Shown: piece by piece, positions 1-13,543 of the stretch | How the letters are laid out: the number at the start of each line of letters is the position of its first letter | Position numbering within the stretch: the first letter of the stretch is position 1 | The notes under the pieces: generated by a model | Databases searched by the model: none | Told to the model about the DNA's origin: nothing | The model's input: the letters and a program-made list of their open reading frames with translations, nothing else | Assembly (NCBI GenBank): GCA_002245135.1 | Contig: NGBS01000023.1 | Location: 62,001-103,638 of the forward strand | Source: Proteromonas lacertae | Taxonomy: Eukaryota | DNA: 41,638 nucleotides | Direction of reading: 5' to 3' | Program-made: the position numbers and the translations under genes

Positions 1-3000
1 GATCTCTATTTTGTTTATTTAGAATTCTTGGAAATGATTTACTATCTTTTCTAAATTGAGTCAGTATTGGTGGCTTATTTTCTAATACAACAGTGTCACT
101 ACGTGATACATTGATTTTGGCAGTAGGAAATGCAAATTTAGAAGAAGTAGAACGACCACCTTCACTTTCTGATCCTGTAGAATTTGAGAATGGTTCAATC
201 TTACTATTCGATTTTCTCCATCCAATTTTTTGGGTAATATCTTTTAGACTCATTTTATATTTCTTTTCAAAATCATCAATTGGTCTTGGTGCTATTCAAG
301 AAGATATATATATAGAGTTATACATAAGTAATAACTTGATATAACGCCAATTATTAACACTGGAATAATTAATGGAAAGAATATTTCATTTGGAAAATAA
401 TCACCAACATTGCATTCTATCATTTCAGAATTACATTTAGCTCTATTTATTAATAGTTAAATTATCAAGAAATGTATACTTGAAGCATGCAATTAATGAA
501 CATATATTTGCCCAAACTAATACTAAATTAGATGAAGAAAGGAAATAATTAACTGCCATTCTAGCAAATTGTGGATATAATAAACCTGAAATGAATTGTA
601 TTAATGCAGCCAAAGTATAAACCACTGAAGCAATTACATTACCTGTACTTGATACTGAATCAGTTAATGTCAATAATATTTTCATAATACCGCAAATAAG
701 ACCATATTTTGTTGATACTATAGGAGATATTAACATTAGAATTAAAAAATACTTTTCACCATAACATCACTGAACAATTGAAATCTGTCATTATTCCAAT
801 TTCTATACCAGTCTTTCCAACATTTTATTTCACCCATATAGCTATAATAAAGATTTTATATATATATATATATATATATATACAAAATATCACCATCTAT
901 TGCTCCTAATCTTAAACCAAGTGGTAAAAATAATGCAATCATGAAAAGCGATATAATCATATATATAATATGAAAAGCTCCCCAACACTAGATGTATAAT
1001 TATACACAGTTCTATATACTTCAAGTTGTGGTGCATTTTTCATTCCTTGATATTTATTATCTGATTCTGTTGAATTATTTGCATCTTCAGATTCATCATT
1101 AAAAGTTGAGCATTCAAAAGCACCAAAAAAGATATTGCAAAAAGGTATAAATAGTGAAGTAGTACAAATCCAAACATAAACTATATTATATAGAGTGATA
1201 ATTATCATACACCAAAGTAATTTCTTTAACCATTTTCGAAATTTGAATTGTTTAGGAGTTATATAGCCTTTATCATATCTTTCATTATTCTCATTACCTA
1301 AATTTGGTTTTACTGGTTTTGACAATTCACTATATTTTTGAGAAGATGATTCTTTAGCTGTTGAAGTTGTAGAAATTGAAGTTTTATCATTTTTTGAGGA
1401 AATACCTTCATCACTACTCTCAAGATCACCTACAGATCTACCTTGTGTTAATGCTAATAACTTTTTGTCAACTTTCCCTTGCCTGCTCTCAAGTTCTTTT
1501 TTAGATTCAATTATTCTTAATTCAGAATTTTTAATATTTTTTGGTCCATAAATATTGCCAAAAAATTCATATGATTCTATTTCCTGCTTCATTTTTAATA
1601 CTAACTGTAGAATGAGGATAATTACTAAAACAATTATACCAACAATTGCACCAACTATCTTAACATGATAAAGTAATGCTAAGTCTTCCTATTAATATTA
1701 CTGATTATAATATACATTAGAACTATAATTATTACCAGCTTTTCCGCTAAAAAAATCTATGAAATATGAAAAGGGATTAGTGTAATTAAGAAATGGATAT
1801 GACAATAACTGGAAGAAACTAACAATTAACAGAAATATTTGAATAAAAGTATCAACAGGTCTTGAAGAAAATTCTCTTTCTGGAGTATTAGTTTGCATAT
1901 GTGTTTGAACAACACTTCCATCATCAGAACCAGTCCATAAAAACTTGCCTGTTAATTGCAATGAGTTAATTCTGTCACTTTGTGGATTGAAAGATTTTAA
2001 AGTCTATAATTATAAATATATATATTTATCAATATACTTTATCATTATTCATATCTACAACATGAATTAAATAATCTTCATCAGTAGTATAATACATTAA
2101 GTGATCACATGTTTGATAAGCGTTTAAACTTCCTGACACAATTGTATTAACAGTATTAATTACATTTCCAGATTCTGGATCAACTGTTATAATTGATCCA
2201 TCCTTACAAGTATATACCAAATGACGCTGTTTATTAAAATCTATTTTAATTACTTTCTTTTTAATACGAATTCTATTGTTAAGACAATATAAATAACAAT
2301 TCTATACAATCTTTCTGTTTTACCTTCCATTGTCATTACTCTTTCTGTAGTATCTTCACACGCTGTGTATAATCTTTCCTTTGTAAGATCTTTACGATGA
2401 TACAAAGCAGATATTGGACTCTATTATGATGATAATGCAATTATTAAATATATACAGTATGTCCAATAAATAGCTGTTGAACTTCCATTGTTTTCATATC
2501 AACTTTATAAATAACTCCACTCTTTGATCCTGTAAATATACTCTTATCTTTAAGTGATAAATGAAAACATGTTAAATCTCTATTAACAATATACAGTAAG
2601 TAAAATACCTTGTTTTATCATATGTCTTCACTACATATCCTGTTTGCAAATTGTGGCAAAATATTTTATTATCATTTCCAATAGAAAATAAATACGGATT
2701 ATTACCAATAAATACAATCTCCATCTACATAAACAGATATTAATATATATTTAAATACTCTCTTGACTCCTCCTAGATGTGGTGCAAATTTCTTCATACA
2801 CTGACAAGTTATTATTTGATTTAGTCTAATATCTCCATCTACACCGCAAGTAAATAACCAATAAGGCTGTTTATCTGCATCTCTAACTAAACCATACCTG
2901 CAATATCTGAATAATTTATCAGTAACAATTAATCCAGTTATTGCACCAGTATGACCTTGATGTATCATTGCATTAAAATCTCTCCATTTTATTGCACACC

Positions 3001-3479
3001 ATTGCTTCAATCTATCTATTCTAGAAGTACTATTAAGACCTTCTTCTGATTCTAGCTTACTAGAAGTACTTCCAACAGAGGATGAGGAACTGTTTCTTCC
3101 TATATTGCATTAGTTGACAATATAAATACTCAAATGTGTGTTGGATGCGGAAGGAGAAGTAGTATTTTGTGAAGATGATTGTTGTACAGACTTTCTCGCT
3201 ATTATAATATACTTTTCAGAATGTATACATAATGATTTAGATAATAAGACGTTTGATCTAGAGTTATTAGGAGTTGAAGATGCAGTAGCTTCTAATTCCC
3301 TTGTTTTGTCTTTTGACACACCTACAAATCATAATAATATAAAATAATAACATTACTATTAATTGTAGAATCACTAATAACAAATTTCATCTTCATCTGT
3401 GAAACTGCTAAGTTCATTAAATTACAAACATACAAATATGTTTCTCAGTTGATATAAACGTTTTAGATGTAGTTGACAT
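1..3479 (-). CDS. Multi-exon WD40-repeat protein with C-terminal multi-pass membrane domain (3' end runs off the window)
   Basis: ATG at 3479. WD motifs GHTGAITGL, LFTCGVDGDIRL and LWTGSDDGSV are followed by several hydrophobic helices with FEC...CWGAFH. Joined by short GT-AG introns (e.g. 1689-1715, 842-883). Frame is open at position 1. Confidence 0.7.
857..882. repeat. (TA)n microsatellite inside intron 842-883
   Basis: Seen directly. Confidence 0.9.
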
Positions 3480-3871
3480 TTTTTACTGAGTAGGAACTGT
3501 GAGAAATAATGTTTTTCTCACAAACATTTAAATGTATTATATGAAACGACTATAATTTTATTAAAAATGTTCAATAAGCACATCTGATTTTCTGTATATA
3601 AAATACATCTAATGATAATATTATTAGAAACTACAGTTAAATAATAACAACAGAGCTTAATTCCATGTGTAATTATAGTTTTAATAACATTGTTATTAAA
3701 AAGAGTGTAGTGTATTGAAGCTGGAAATGATGATGTGAATATATGATTAAAATGTTGTTGTAATAGTAACAATTCAAGAGAAAATATAAAGAAATGAGTT
3801 GTTTTCTAAAAAGAAATCAATTAAAGAACTGAAAAACTATCTATTAATATTAAATAATATTTATAATAACT

Positions 3872-4498
3872 TTACTCTGGTTCTAAAGAGTAATATGTTA
3901 TTTGATCATTGCTAAATGGTTGAATTAATTTCATTAAATCTTCTTTACAATCTCTAAATAAATATTTTCCATTAGTATCGCATGTTTCTTTCTGTTTTAT
4001 TACTAAATTAATCACAATCATAAACGGGTTATGACTATCCTCAACTAAATCAACGAAATCTACTTCTCCTCCACATAATTCATCAGAATATTCTGTAATT
4101 TGTTGTAATACATCCATTCGCTTATTTACAGGTATTATAGCATATATGAACACGTGATAATATTTTAACACTCTATTAGATCCGTTTGATACAAAGCCAC
4201 CATTAAATCTAGTAAAATTCTTATTGTTATTTGATTCCAAATATTCATCTGTTATTTTAAATAGTAAATCATGATTATCTGAAACACTCTCTACTTCATC
4301 TGAATCATTATTTCTATAATCTTTACTATTGATTTCATTTCTTATTTCTTTCACATATTCCTGAATTTCTTTCATTAAAGGCAAATAGTTATCGACTGTG
4401 TTTATTTGATTATCTATTCCTAGTGAAGGTAAATGTGAATAATCTGAAGAATTTAAAGCAAACATATCATAACCATCATCTCTAGTTGATCCAGACAT
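3872..4498 (-). CDS. Hypothetical protein, 208 aa, single ORF
   Basis: ATG-to-TAA ORF with protein-like composition, divergent from the next gene; no family recognised. Confidence 0.7.
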   Translation of the reverse strand: MSGSTRDDGYDMFALNSSDYSHLPSLGIDNQINTVDNYLPLMKEIQEYVKEIRNEINSKDYRNNDSDEVESVSDNHDLLFKITDEYLESNNNKNFTRFNGGFVSNGSNRVLKYYHVFIYAIIPVNKRMDVLQQITEYSDELCGGEVDFVDLVEDSHNPFMIVINLVIKQKETCDTNGKYLFRDCKEDLMKLIQPFSNDQITYYSLEPE

Positions 4499-4584
4499 TT
4501 TAAATATTTAAATGTTTTTTGAATAAAAACAGCTTGTATCGATCAAGCTAAGCCGTTTTTGAATTTTAGTTTTTGTTATTTTCT

Positions 4585-7500
4585 ATGTCTGGTATATCTT
4601 AATCAGATTCATTTAATAATTAGGAAAAACTGTATTAGTTAAGAAAAAAGAAAATAGAAATAAAAATCAAACTACATTACTTGTTGCAAAGAAAGTAGAT
4701 AATAATCAAACAGAAAATCTCAAACCAGCTGTTAAACCAGTATAATGTAACTATAACATTGTATAGGGTCCAAAATGTGATGAAAGAGGAAATATATTAG
4801 AATACTCAATTTTAGGAACAATTCATGATTATATACAATATAGAAAATCATTAGAACCAAGTACTCCACAACAAGTTAATGAAGATTGTATAATTTTCAA
4901 TTTAATAATTCTATTCTAGTTCGTATGGATGTTACTGCATCAAATAAAAGTCTAGCGTTAGAGCAATACAGATCAAAAGTAGAAGCTACAGTATTATCAC
5001 TTTTAAGTTTTTTTTAATAGAAATCCATTGATTTATTATTGAGTAAATCCTTAAAGTCAAGAGAAGAAGAACAAATGAAAAGATCTAAACGAAATAATCA
5101 CATTCCATATTACATTGCTACCGCAGATACAAAGGAAGAAAAAGCTTTAAAGAAATATCTTTATATGAAGAAAGAATGGGAAAAATATAATGAAAAAGTG
5201 AGTAAAAGAATAGGAAGAGATCCAAGAGACACAGTATTTTCAAAAACTGATGAATTCCGTGAGAAAAAAGAAGAGTATATATATATAGTTTTTATAATAT
5301 TTAATTAGATTGGCATTAATAGAAGAAAAACTTCCTCAAAAAATGAATCCAGAAAGTCAAGGATATTGGGAACAAAGTCTAAGAGGATTAGGAACAAGAT
5401 ATGTCACAATTGGTAATGCATTAACTGGTTTATGCACTGAAATCAAGTCAGGAACAACTGAAGTAAAAGAACATATTCGATTAGGAAAACCATTAAACCA
5501 TGCCTGGATGAAATCATCCAAATATTTAGCAAAGAAACTGAAACAATTAGATAAGAAGATGATGAAAACTACAGGTTATGTTCCACCTCCTGATATTGGT
5601 GCAGATATGATTGTCCAAGGAAGAGATCTATGGGAATGGGTTAAAACATCACATGAAGAATCAATACAAAAAGTGCAAAATACAATTGAATTCATTGAAC
5701 ATACTGAAAGAAGAAGATCATCCATGATTACACCCTTGCATCGTGCTATTGTTCAAGATGGTAACAATGAGAATAGAAATAAAACAGATGGTCCATATTA
5801 TGATATGATTCCTTTGCCACATAAAGTAGAAGGTGAATTTGATCCATATATATTAGAATATTTAAATAAAAATACGAATGAACCAGTAAGTGATGTTAAT
5901 ACACCATTAGAAGTGTTATTTGATACATTCATTAATAAACCAATCCAAAGAGATGTCAGAGTAATGAATAGTGGTAAAACTGTGATATATTATAATTGGG
6001 TAAAAGAAGAATATAGTTCAAAGATTGATGTTGGTGGAGTAAGAGCTACAAAGAGTAAAATGATGAAATTTTATTGTAATAATATAAGAGGATCTATTCT
6101 ACCAGGTGAATATCGTGATTTTACATTTACATTCCAATCTACACAAGCTGGTGTATTTAGAGAGCAATGGAAGTTTAATACAAAACCAGAAGTACAATCC
6201 TGTCATAATCTATTATTAAGAGGAGCAGCAATTTCATTAGAAGAGAATTTATTTGCTAAACAACAAATCATTGAAGAAATCGATCAAAATGTATACTTTA
6301 GAAATTTCTATGAATTATCCAAATCAATTGTTGAATTAGTTCATACTCCACCACCAGAATTTACACCAGAGCAAATTGAACAACAAAGAAAAGATCAATT
6401 TGAAAAAGAAAATCCAACATTATATTACTCATCTGATATTTACCACAATTTAGAAGATATAGTAAACCAATGTTTTGATTTGTTAGATTTTCCACCTCAA
6501 GATAGAATATGGAATTTATCTGTATCAATGGTTGAAGATTTAGTTAGTCATATAACTACACCACCTGAAATACCTGAGCCACCACCACCACAACCCAAAG
6601 CAGAAGGTGAAGAAGAAGGAGAAGATAATCCTGAAGATGAAGAAGATGAAAATGGAGAAAAGAAGAAGAAGAAGCCACCAACACCTCCTCCAGTTCATAT
6701 CGAATATACTCCATTACAACAATTACAAAAAAACTTCCAAGATAAAATAAAGGAATTAAAAGAAGAATATTCAATTCGTCCTACTGTTTATTCTCATTAT
6801 TATCCAATTGTTCAACAATTAATATATGATATTATTGATGAAGTTCCTGTATGTTCATATAAGGCTGAGAGGTATGTAGGATTTCAATTTAGAGATTGGG
6901 TTCCTCCTATTATTCCACATGATTATAGTACAGGTTTTAAACCCCATCCACCTCCTGATCAACCATTAATACCAATGGAAGAAACAGTGTATAATGAGAA
7001 TATGAATGAATTGATTGAAATGTACAAAGAGTTTAATGGTCATGATATTCCTGAACCACCACCACTACCACCAGAAGAAGAAGAAGAGAAGAAAAACAAT
7101 GGAGAAGAAGAAGGAGAAGGTAATGGAGAAGAAAGAGCAGAGGAAGAAAATAATGATAATAATAATGAAGAAGAGCAACAACATGAAGATGGTGAAAATA
7201 ATGAAAATGGAGGAGAAGGAGAAGAAGAAGAGAATAATAAAGAGAATGAAGAGCCACAATTAGATGAAAATGGTAATCCAATTCCAGTAGAACCAAAAGC
7301 AGAAACAACTGAAGAAGAAGAACAGAATCCACCAGAACCTGAATGGAAATGCCCAGAATTACCTGAACCAAAATATGAACCAACTGTTGAATATTATAGA
7401 TCCATATTATACAGTTATATCTATAAATTAGTATCTGATACAATGAATAAGATTGAAGATATTACATTTATGTGTGATAATGAAAATACAATCAAAATGG

Positions 7501-9140
7501 TTGAAGATACAAATATGTTATTAGGATATAAACAAAAGATAAAAGATATTGATTTCAAAGATAAGAAAGTTATCATTAGAGCAAATTTAGATGTTCATTT
7601 TGCTAAAGGTAAAGGAGATGCATTAGTATTCCCACCAATTGAACAAAAGAGAATGGATACGTTGATTGCTGAGATTAATGATATAATTGGTAAAGGAGCT
7701 CAATATGTAATGATTATTTCTAATTATAGAAATCCAAAAGGAGAAGTAGAAAAAGATTTATCTTTCACTCCACTCTCTAAATTCCTGAAAAAGAGTTTTA
7801 AGAATTTAGTATTTGTTGAAGATATAGTTGGTCCAAAAGCTGAGAAAGCATTTGCTAAAATATCAACAGGAACTGTATTTTTAATAGAGAATATTTACTT
7901 CCAAAAGTTTGAAGAAGGTAAAGTGTGGGATGGACCTTTACTCCGTTCAATGTTACCTCATATTCCTGATATCTATATCCCTGAACCAGAGATGGAAATA
8001 TCTGAAGAAGTAAGAAATGCATATAGAGATGCTAATGATGACAAGAAGAAGAAGAAAGGAGGAGCTGCAGATAAGAGAAGGCCAAGTTCAAAGAGTTTAA
8101 GTAAAAGAAAATCAAGTACAGGAGCAATACCACCAGCAGAAGAAAGTGAACCAGTTATAGTGACTGAACAGCAACAACAGTATTTAGAAAAAGAGAAATA
8201 TATCAATACTTTAGATAATTTATGTGATATATATATTAATGATTGTTTTGATTTATTAGATAAGACTGATATTTCAATAGTAAAGATTGGTAATAATAAA
8301 GAAAGAATATGTGGTACAGATGTTGAGTATCATATCCAACAGATTAGAGAATTATTAGAAAGACCAATTAGGCCACTAATAACCATAGTTGGAGGTATTC
8401 CAACACCACAGCGATTAGCATTTATTTATAATATGATACCAAAGAGTGATGCTGTTGTAGTGAGTGGTGTATTAGGTTTATCATTCTTATCATGTATGTA
8501 TAATGTCAATGTTGGTATGAAATCATGGAATGATAATATATTAAAACCACATATTAGAGCATTAGTAGCTTATGCAGAAAGATTTAATGTAAAGATGTAT
8601 TATCCAATAGATTGTGTTTGTGGAGATGCTCCAATCACTGGTGAAGATTATGAAGGTGAAACATTAGAAATACCTTTTATATATGATAATATAAACACTG
8701 ATCTTGATTTATCAGAAGTAGCATTCAGTGAAGTTCCTTCAGGATATACTTGTTATGATGAAGGTCCGAAAACTCAACAAAGAAATGGTGCTTTATTACC
8801 AGAAATGAAAACTGTAGTTTGGTGTGGTTGTGTAGGTAAAGTTGAAGCTGAAATGTTTAGATCTGGTACAAAAGCATTAGCTGATAATATTGCTAGTAAT
8901 AGTGATTTGAAATCTTATATATTTGGAAGTAAATGTGTTAATTATGCATTAGATTCTTCTGATTATGATAGTTATACTTATTTGTGTAGTAATAAAATTG
9001 GTGAAAAGTTGATTAGTTTGACTGTTGTTCCTGGTATATGTCTTTTAAATAATAAAGAAGAATTTGATCCTTTGCCAAAGATTAGAAAGGAAGGTGAAGA
9101 AGAGGAGGAAGAAGAAGAGAATGAAGAAGGTGATAATTAA
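4585..9140 (+). CDS. MYCBPAP: MYCBP-associated protein (axonemal central pair, FAP147-like) fused to a C-terminal degenerate phosphoglycerate kinase domain
   Basis: ATG 4585; introns 4592-4623, 4740-4766, 4888-4919, 4991-5020 and 5275-5308 restore one frame. MYCBPAP-like motifs GPKCDERGNILEYSILG, YWEQSLR, NSGKTVIYYNW, GSILPGE and GVFREQW. PGK fold from about 7536 (KKVIIRANLDV, FLIENIYF, IYINDCF, YDEGPKT). Confidence 0.85.
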
Positions 9141-9239
9141 ATAATATTAAATAAATGAAAACATATTTTATTTTATTCTAAAATTGTTTATTTATTAAAT
9201 ATAGTCTCGAATGATGTTTGACTCTCAAAATATTAAATA

Positions 9240-10063
9240 ATGAAATTACAAGTCGAAGAACCTTTGCTTTCTAATGATATTGAACAGAGTATTGAAACAG
9301 ATGTTTTTGAAGAGTTTTCTATAAAAGGTATCTCATTTTCTTACTTCTTTTAAAAAGATTCTGTGTTATCAAAAGAGAAAGTTATTCAAATATCATCAAC
9401 TATTACTTATCATCATAATACTGTAGAAATCAAAAGTATGAAGAGTAATAATATATATTTCTAGATTGTGGTTTAAATGGTGACTTATTAGAAACATTTA
9501 TTAACAGTGTTATCAGTAATACAGATATTATGTATTTGGATTTGTCATGTAATGGTATAAATGATGAAGATTTGTTGAAAATTGGTAGATTGTTTAAGTA
9601 TATTCCAAAACTTATCAGTTTGAAGTTTTCAAATAATGAAATAACTGGTCAAGGAATAGTTTTAGTTAGAAACGAAATATTAGATAATTGTAAAGAATTA
9701 TCAGAAATAGATATTTCACATAATCAAATAAAGTTTGAGGATGGAAAATTATTCTTCTTTAAATTATATCAACTTCCACATTTGAAATCTATAAATTTAT
9801 CTTGTATCGTTTTTTAGTTTTAATAATTTATAGATAATATTACTGGAGACAGTGATATGAAATTGTTTGCTTTATTCATGGACACATTTGACCACGATGT
9901 TTATGTAGATCTTGAAGGAAATGAAATTAGAGAAGTTGGGTTGATAACATTACATCGTAAATTGAGGAAAAATAAAAGGAGATTAATAAATTTTGGGTTA
10001 AATGTGAATAAAATGAGTATAGTTGGATTAATGCAATATTATTTTTCTTCATCAAAGAAATAG
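9240..10063 (+). CDS. Leucine-rich repeat protein (RNI-like), multi-exon
   Basis: Repeats LDLSCNGI, LKFSNNEI, IDISHNQI, INLS and VDLEGNEI; ATG 9240; short introns. Confidence 0.8.
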
Positions 10064-10111
10064 AATAATTAAACGTTTATAATATAGTATGTAAATAATT
10101 TAGTTGTCTTT

Positions 10112-11626
10112 CTAAAGGGTAATCTCTAATTCTCTTACTTCGCCATTTATATAAGCTTTTGTTGTTAAACATCCATTATCATCAACACTAAACTCAATGT
10201 CAATAGAAGGTATATTTCTTGGAACTTCAATTAACAATGAACCTAAGAATTGGTTCTTTGTTGTTGATGCATCTTCACCTTGAAATACCTTCAATGTAAC
10301 TTCATTTGTATTAGGTCTAATTCTAACAGTCTTTCTTACAGATGAAGGTAAAGGAGTCATTTTATTCAATACAGGTTCCATTATTTGTTTTTGCATTCTT
10401 GACTGAGTCTCATATCCAATTGTATGAGTTAAAACATCGTGAATAGTATACTTTACATCATCAGGATTTAGCAATAATCGAGAATATAAAGTAGCACCAA
10501 TTGCAACAGCTTCATCTGGGTTTATATCGCTGCATATTTTGACATCAGGGAAGGTTTCTCTTATTAAGTCTTGAATTTTTATAATTCTACTAGATCCACC
10601 AACTAATACAATATAATCAAGATCGTTTGGTTCTAATTTACCATAGTTTAATGTCTGATGGACTATATCAATTGTTCTGCTAAATACATCTTTACATAAT
10701 TCATTAAATTCAGTTCTAGTTATATTCTCTGTTATTTCATCACCATCAATCTCAATACTCAACTGATTATCTTCAATAACAGATAGATTCTTCTTTAATT
10801 CATCACAATTCTTAATAATTCTTGACATTACTTTTGCATTACTGTCATCCATTCTATATTTATCTAAAAAATGTTTTACTAACCTATCTGTGACATCTTG
10901 ACCTCCTAAATGATTATCTCCATATGTAGAAATAACATTAACATCATATCCATCCTTGGTAATTATTGATACATCAAAAGTTCCACCACCAAAATCATAC
11001 ACTAAAATATTACACTTCTTTTCTTTCATTGCTGTTGTACTTGTACAAATATATGCCAATGCAGCAGCAGATGGTTCATTAATTAAGGCCAATACTTTAA
11101 GTCCAGCTTCATCTGCAGCTTGTTTTGTTGCATTTCTTTGAGCATTATTAAAATCAGCAGGAACTGCTATTACACAAGGAACATTATTCTTATCTTTCAC
11201 TTCAGGTACAAATTTAATAATTGAAAATCTCTTGATATGTTTTAAGATTTCACATGATATATCTATTGGTGTATAATAATCTACTTTTCCATTTCTAGTT
11301 ATTTCGTATTGCGGTAATTCATCTTTCTCATCTAATAATATCTTAAATGGATAATTAATCACTCCTTCCTTATCAATTTGTCTGCATTTTTTACCAATAA
11401 ATCTCTTTGAATCATAGACTCTACAAAATTTACCTACACTAATGTCAGCTGATTCACCAACTTTAATATCATCTGTTTTTTTATCATATGCTACTACTGA
11501 TGGTATTTCACGTTTACCAGTTTCGCTTTGAATCACATCAACACTTTTGTTTGTGAAATTATAAAAAGCTGAACATGAGAAAGTTGTTCCTAAATCAATT
11601 CCAAAAGGAACTATATCTTGAGACAT
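10112..11626 (-). CDS. HSP70: Divergent Hsp70 family protein lacking the C-terminal lid, intronless, 504 aa
   Basis: GIDLGTTFS, INEPSAAALAY, YDFGGGTFDVS, LVGGSSRI and NPDEAVAIGA; ends after the SBD-beta region with no EEVD or KDEL. Confidence 0.93.
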   Translation of the reverse strand: MSQDIVPFGIDLGTTFSCSAFYNFTNKSVDVIQSETGKREIPSVVAYDKKTDDIKVGESADISVGKFCRVYDSKRFIGKKCRQIDKEGVINYPFKILLDEKDELPQYEITRNGKVDYYTPIDISCEILKHIKRFSIIKFVPEVKDKNNVPCVIAVPADFNNAQRNATKQAADEAGLKVLALINEPSAAALAYICTSTTAMKEKKCNILVYDFGGGTFDVSIITKDGYDVNVISTYGDNHLGGQDVTDRLVKHFLDKYRMDDSNAKVMSRIIKNCDELKKNLSVIEDNQLSIEIDGDEITENITRTEFNELCKDVFSRTIDIVHQTLNYGKLEPNDLDYIVLVGGSSRIIKIQDLIRETFPDVKICSDINPDEAVAIGATLYSRLLLNPDDVKYTIHDVLTHTIGYETQSRMQKQIMEPVLNKMTPLPSSVRKTVRIRPNTNEVTLKVFQGEDASTTKNQFLGSLLIEVPRNIPSIDIEFSVDDNGCLTTKAYINGEVRELEITL

Positions 11627-12123
11627 GCACTGGACTTTTTTACACTACAAATAAGAAAGAAAAGTCAATTCTGAAACGAATATATTTATCAAACCTGGAA
11701 TCAAACTTATTCAACTAAACACTAAAAAATTTCATGGAAATAAGCATAATTCGTTATTATAAAAGCATACTATTGTAATATAATAACTTATCTTATAGAA
11801 TATGTAGTAGAATCGTTATATACTCTTTAAATCACTAGAAATGTCTTTGATAAATATATTGTTAGTTGTTGTAGTATGTGACGCTTATTTAACATAAAAT
11901 AACTAATAATTACCAAAAGTAGAAAATAAGTCACATGTTTAATGAAGCTTTGTTTCACCTACTTTTTATCAACTATACTTGGAATTCAAAAGAATAAATG
12001 TAATAACACTCCCTTATAGTAGATCTTAGCCTGCAATCTTTTAATCTGTCGTTTCAAAATAATTATTTAATTTTTCTTTTTTAAAAAGAATCTTATATTC
12101 AAAATAAATTAAGGATATAAGAT

Positions 12124-12759
12124 ATGGCAAACAGGCCGAGTAAAGTAGTCATAAAAAGCCGTTGTCCATCGATTAAGCAAGAAGAAGTCACATTAACTAC
12201 ATTAGTATATTTAGAGTGATATATATATTGTAGAGTGAAGCATGCACTTGTTTAACAAAGTCCAGAAAACAGAATGCGTCTTCACTTCTACTTCCTTTAG
12301 ATATACATTCTACAGCTGTAGCTTCGACTCTATTTTGTATATTCTTCCATATATTTTAGTAAACAATTACGAAATTAATTTTATAGCATGTAGTTATTTA
12401 GGTTTATGGTTGAAAGATACAACAACCAATTATATAAACTTAAATATATTAACACAATATTTCGAATCAACTTACTGTAAACTAATACAATACGTGTTTC
12501 CTAAAAGTATTATTTGATTCTTTTTTTAATCTAATTAGGTATAATTGAGTGGAATGATTACTTTATATTTGTGTGTATATTTGTCTTTTGTGAGCCAAGC
12601 CAATTATTACAACTAATTTTAACATTCAGCAAGATATACAGTCATTTATATGTAAGTATTGATCAAATTAATGATTTTAATGATTTAATTTCTCTCTGTG
12701 ATCATGAAAAGAAAACACTTTATAATTATTTGTCATCGTATAAATACCATATGTCAGAG

Positions 12760-12791
<32 letters not shown>

Positions 12792-13366
12792 TAAATAGTT
12801 TACACCAAGAAGCATATCAATTCAAAGCATTCACTTACTTTTTTAAAAAATCATGCAGTTTTGAAGCATTTATTTATAGATTAAGAAGAGAATTAATAAC
12901 ATTTTCACTCAATGATCATATATATAGCATAGTGTTAAATAGACTAAAAACTTTTTACCAAGATGATTATGTAGTTGTTATTCCATCTGAATCATTTTGT
13001 GATAAGTTGAAAAGAAAATTATTTACTGATGAACCACCTCCTTATAGTTTTGATTATGCTGTACCGAATCCTAATAGTCAAACTGTTAATCAAATGATAT
13101 TGAAGTTATGTCATCATTATGGATTACCAGATGGAAGACAAACATTTACTCAATATTCAATGGTTTCACACTCTGTTATATCACATTCAATGTCTTTTAC
13201 TAAAATGTCATCATTATCTCAAAGGAACAGGAGTAATGGAGGAAGAACTGCTGAACAGTCTCCTTGTAATTCTCGACCTGGATCGATGAAATTTAGAGCA
13301 TCTCCGAATAGACATAGGATATTTCCTGCTGTTGAAGAATCTGATGATGATTATCATCAAAAATAA
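12124..13366 (+). CDS. Tandem family paralogue 1 (uncharacterised, possibly degenerate EF-hand), 4 introns
   Basis: Introns 12205-12233, 12337-12359, about 12508-12539 and 12759-12798; motifs NNYEINFI, DYFIFVC and LFTDEPPPYSFDY. Confidence 0.8.
12760..12784. repeat. (TAT)n microsatellite in intron
   Basis: Seen directly. Confidence 0.85.
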
Positions 13367-13543
13367 ATGTATTATTTAACTATGTAAATATAATCAACTC
13401 CTTTTATATGCGTAAAATATATTAAATGCTATATTGTAATTTGATTTATTTGTTATTGTTGTTCAATTAAAAAAGATAGATTTTTTATCGTTTCAAAATG
13501 TTGTTGTGAATGATCAAAAGGTCAAAATATTGGGTCATTATTA

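Noticed and set aside
93..344. 83-aa plus-strand ORF, and similarly 3138-3347
   Set aside because: Antisense to exons of the WD40-TM gene; non-ATG starts.
4000..4170. EF1B C-terminal-like fold in the 208-aa protein
   Set aside because: Only a vague hydrophobic pattern; hallmark motifs are absent.
6556..8206. Hydrophobic antisense and alternate-frame ORFs over MYCBPAP
   Set aside because: Shadows of GAA/AAT-rich coding sequence.
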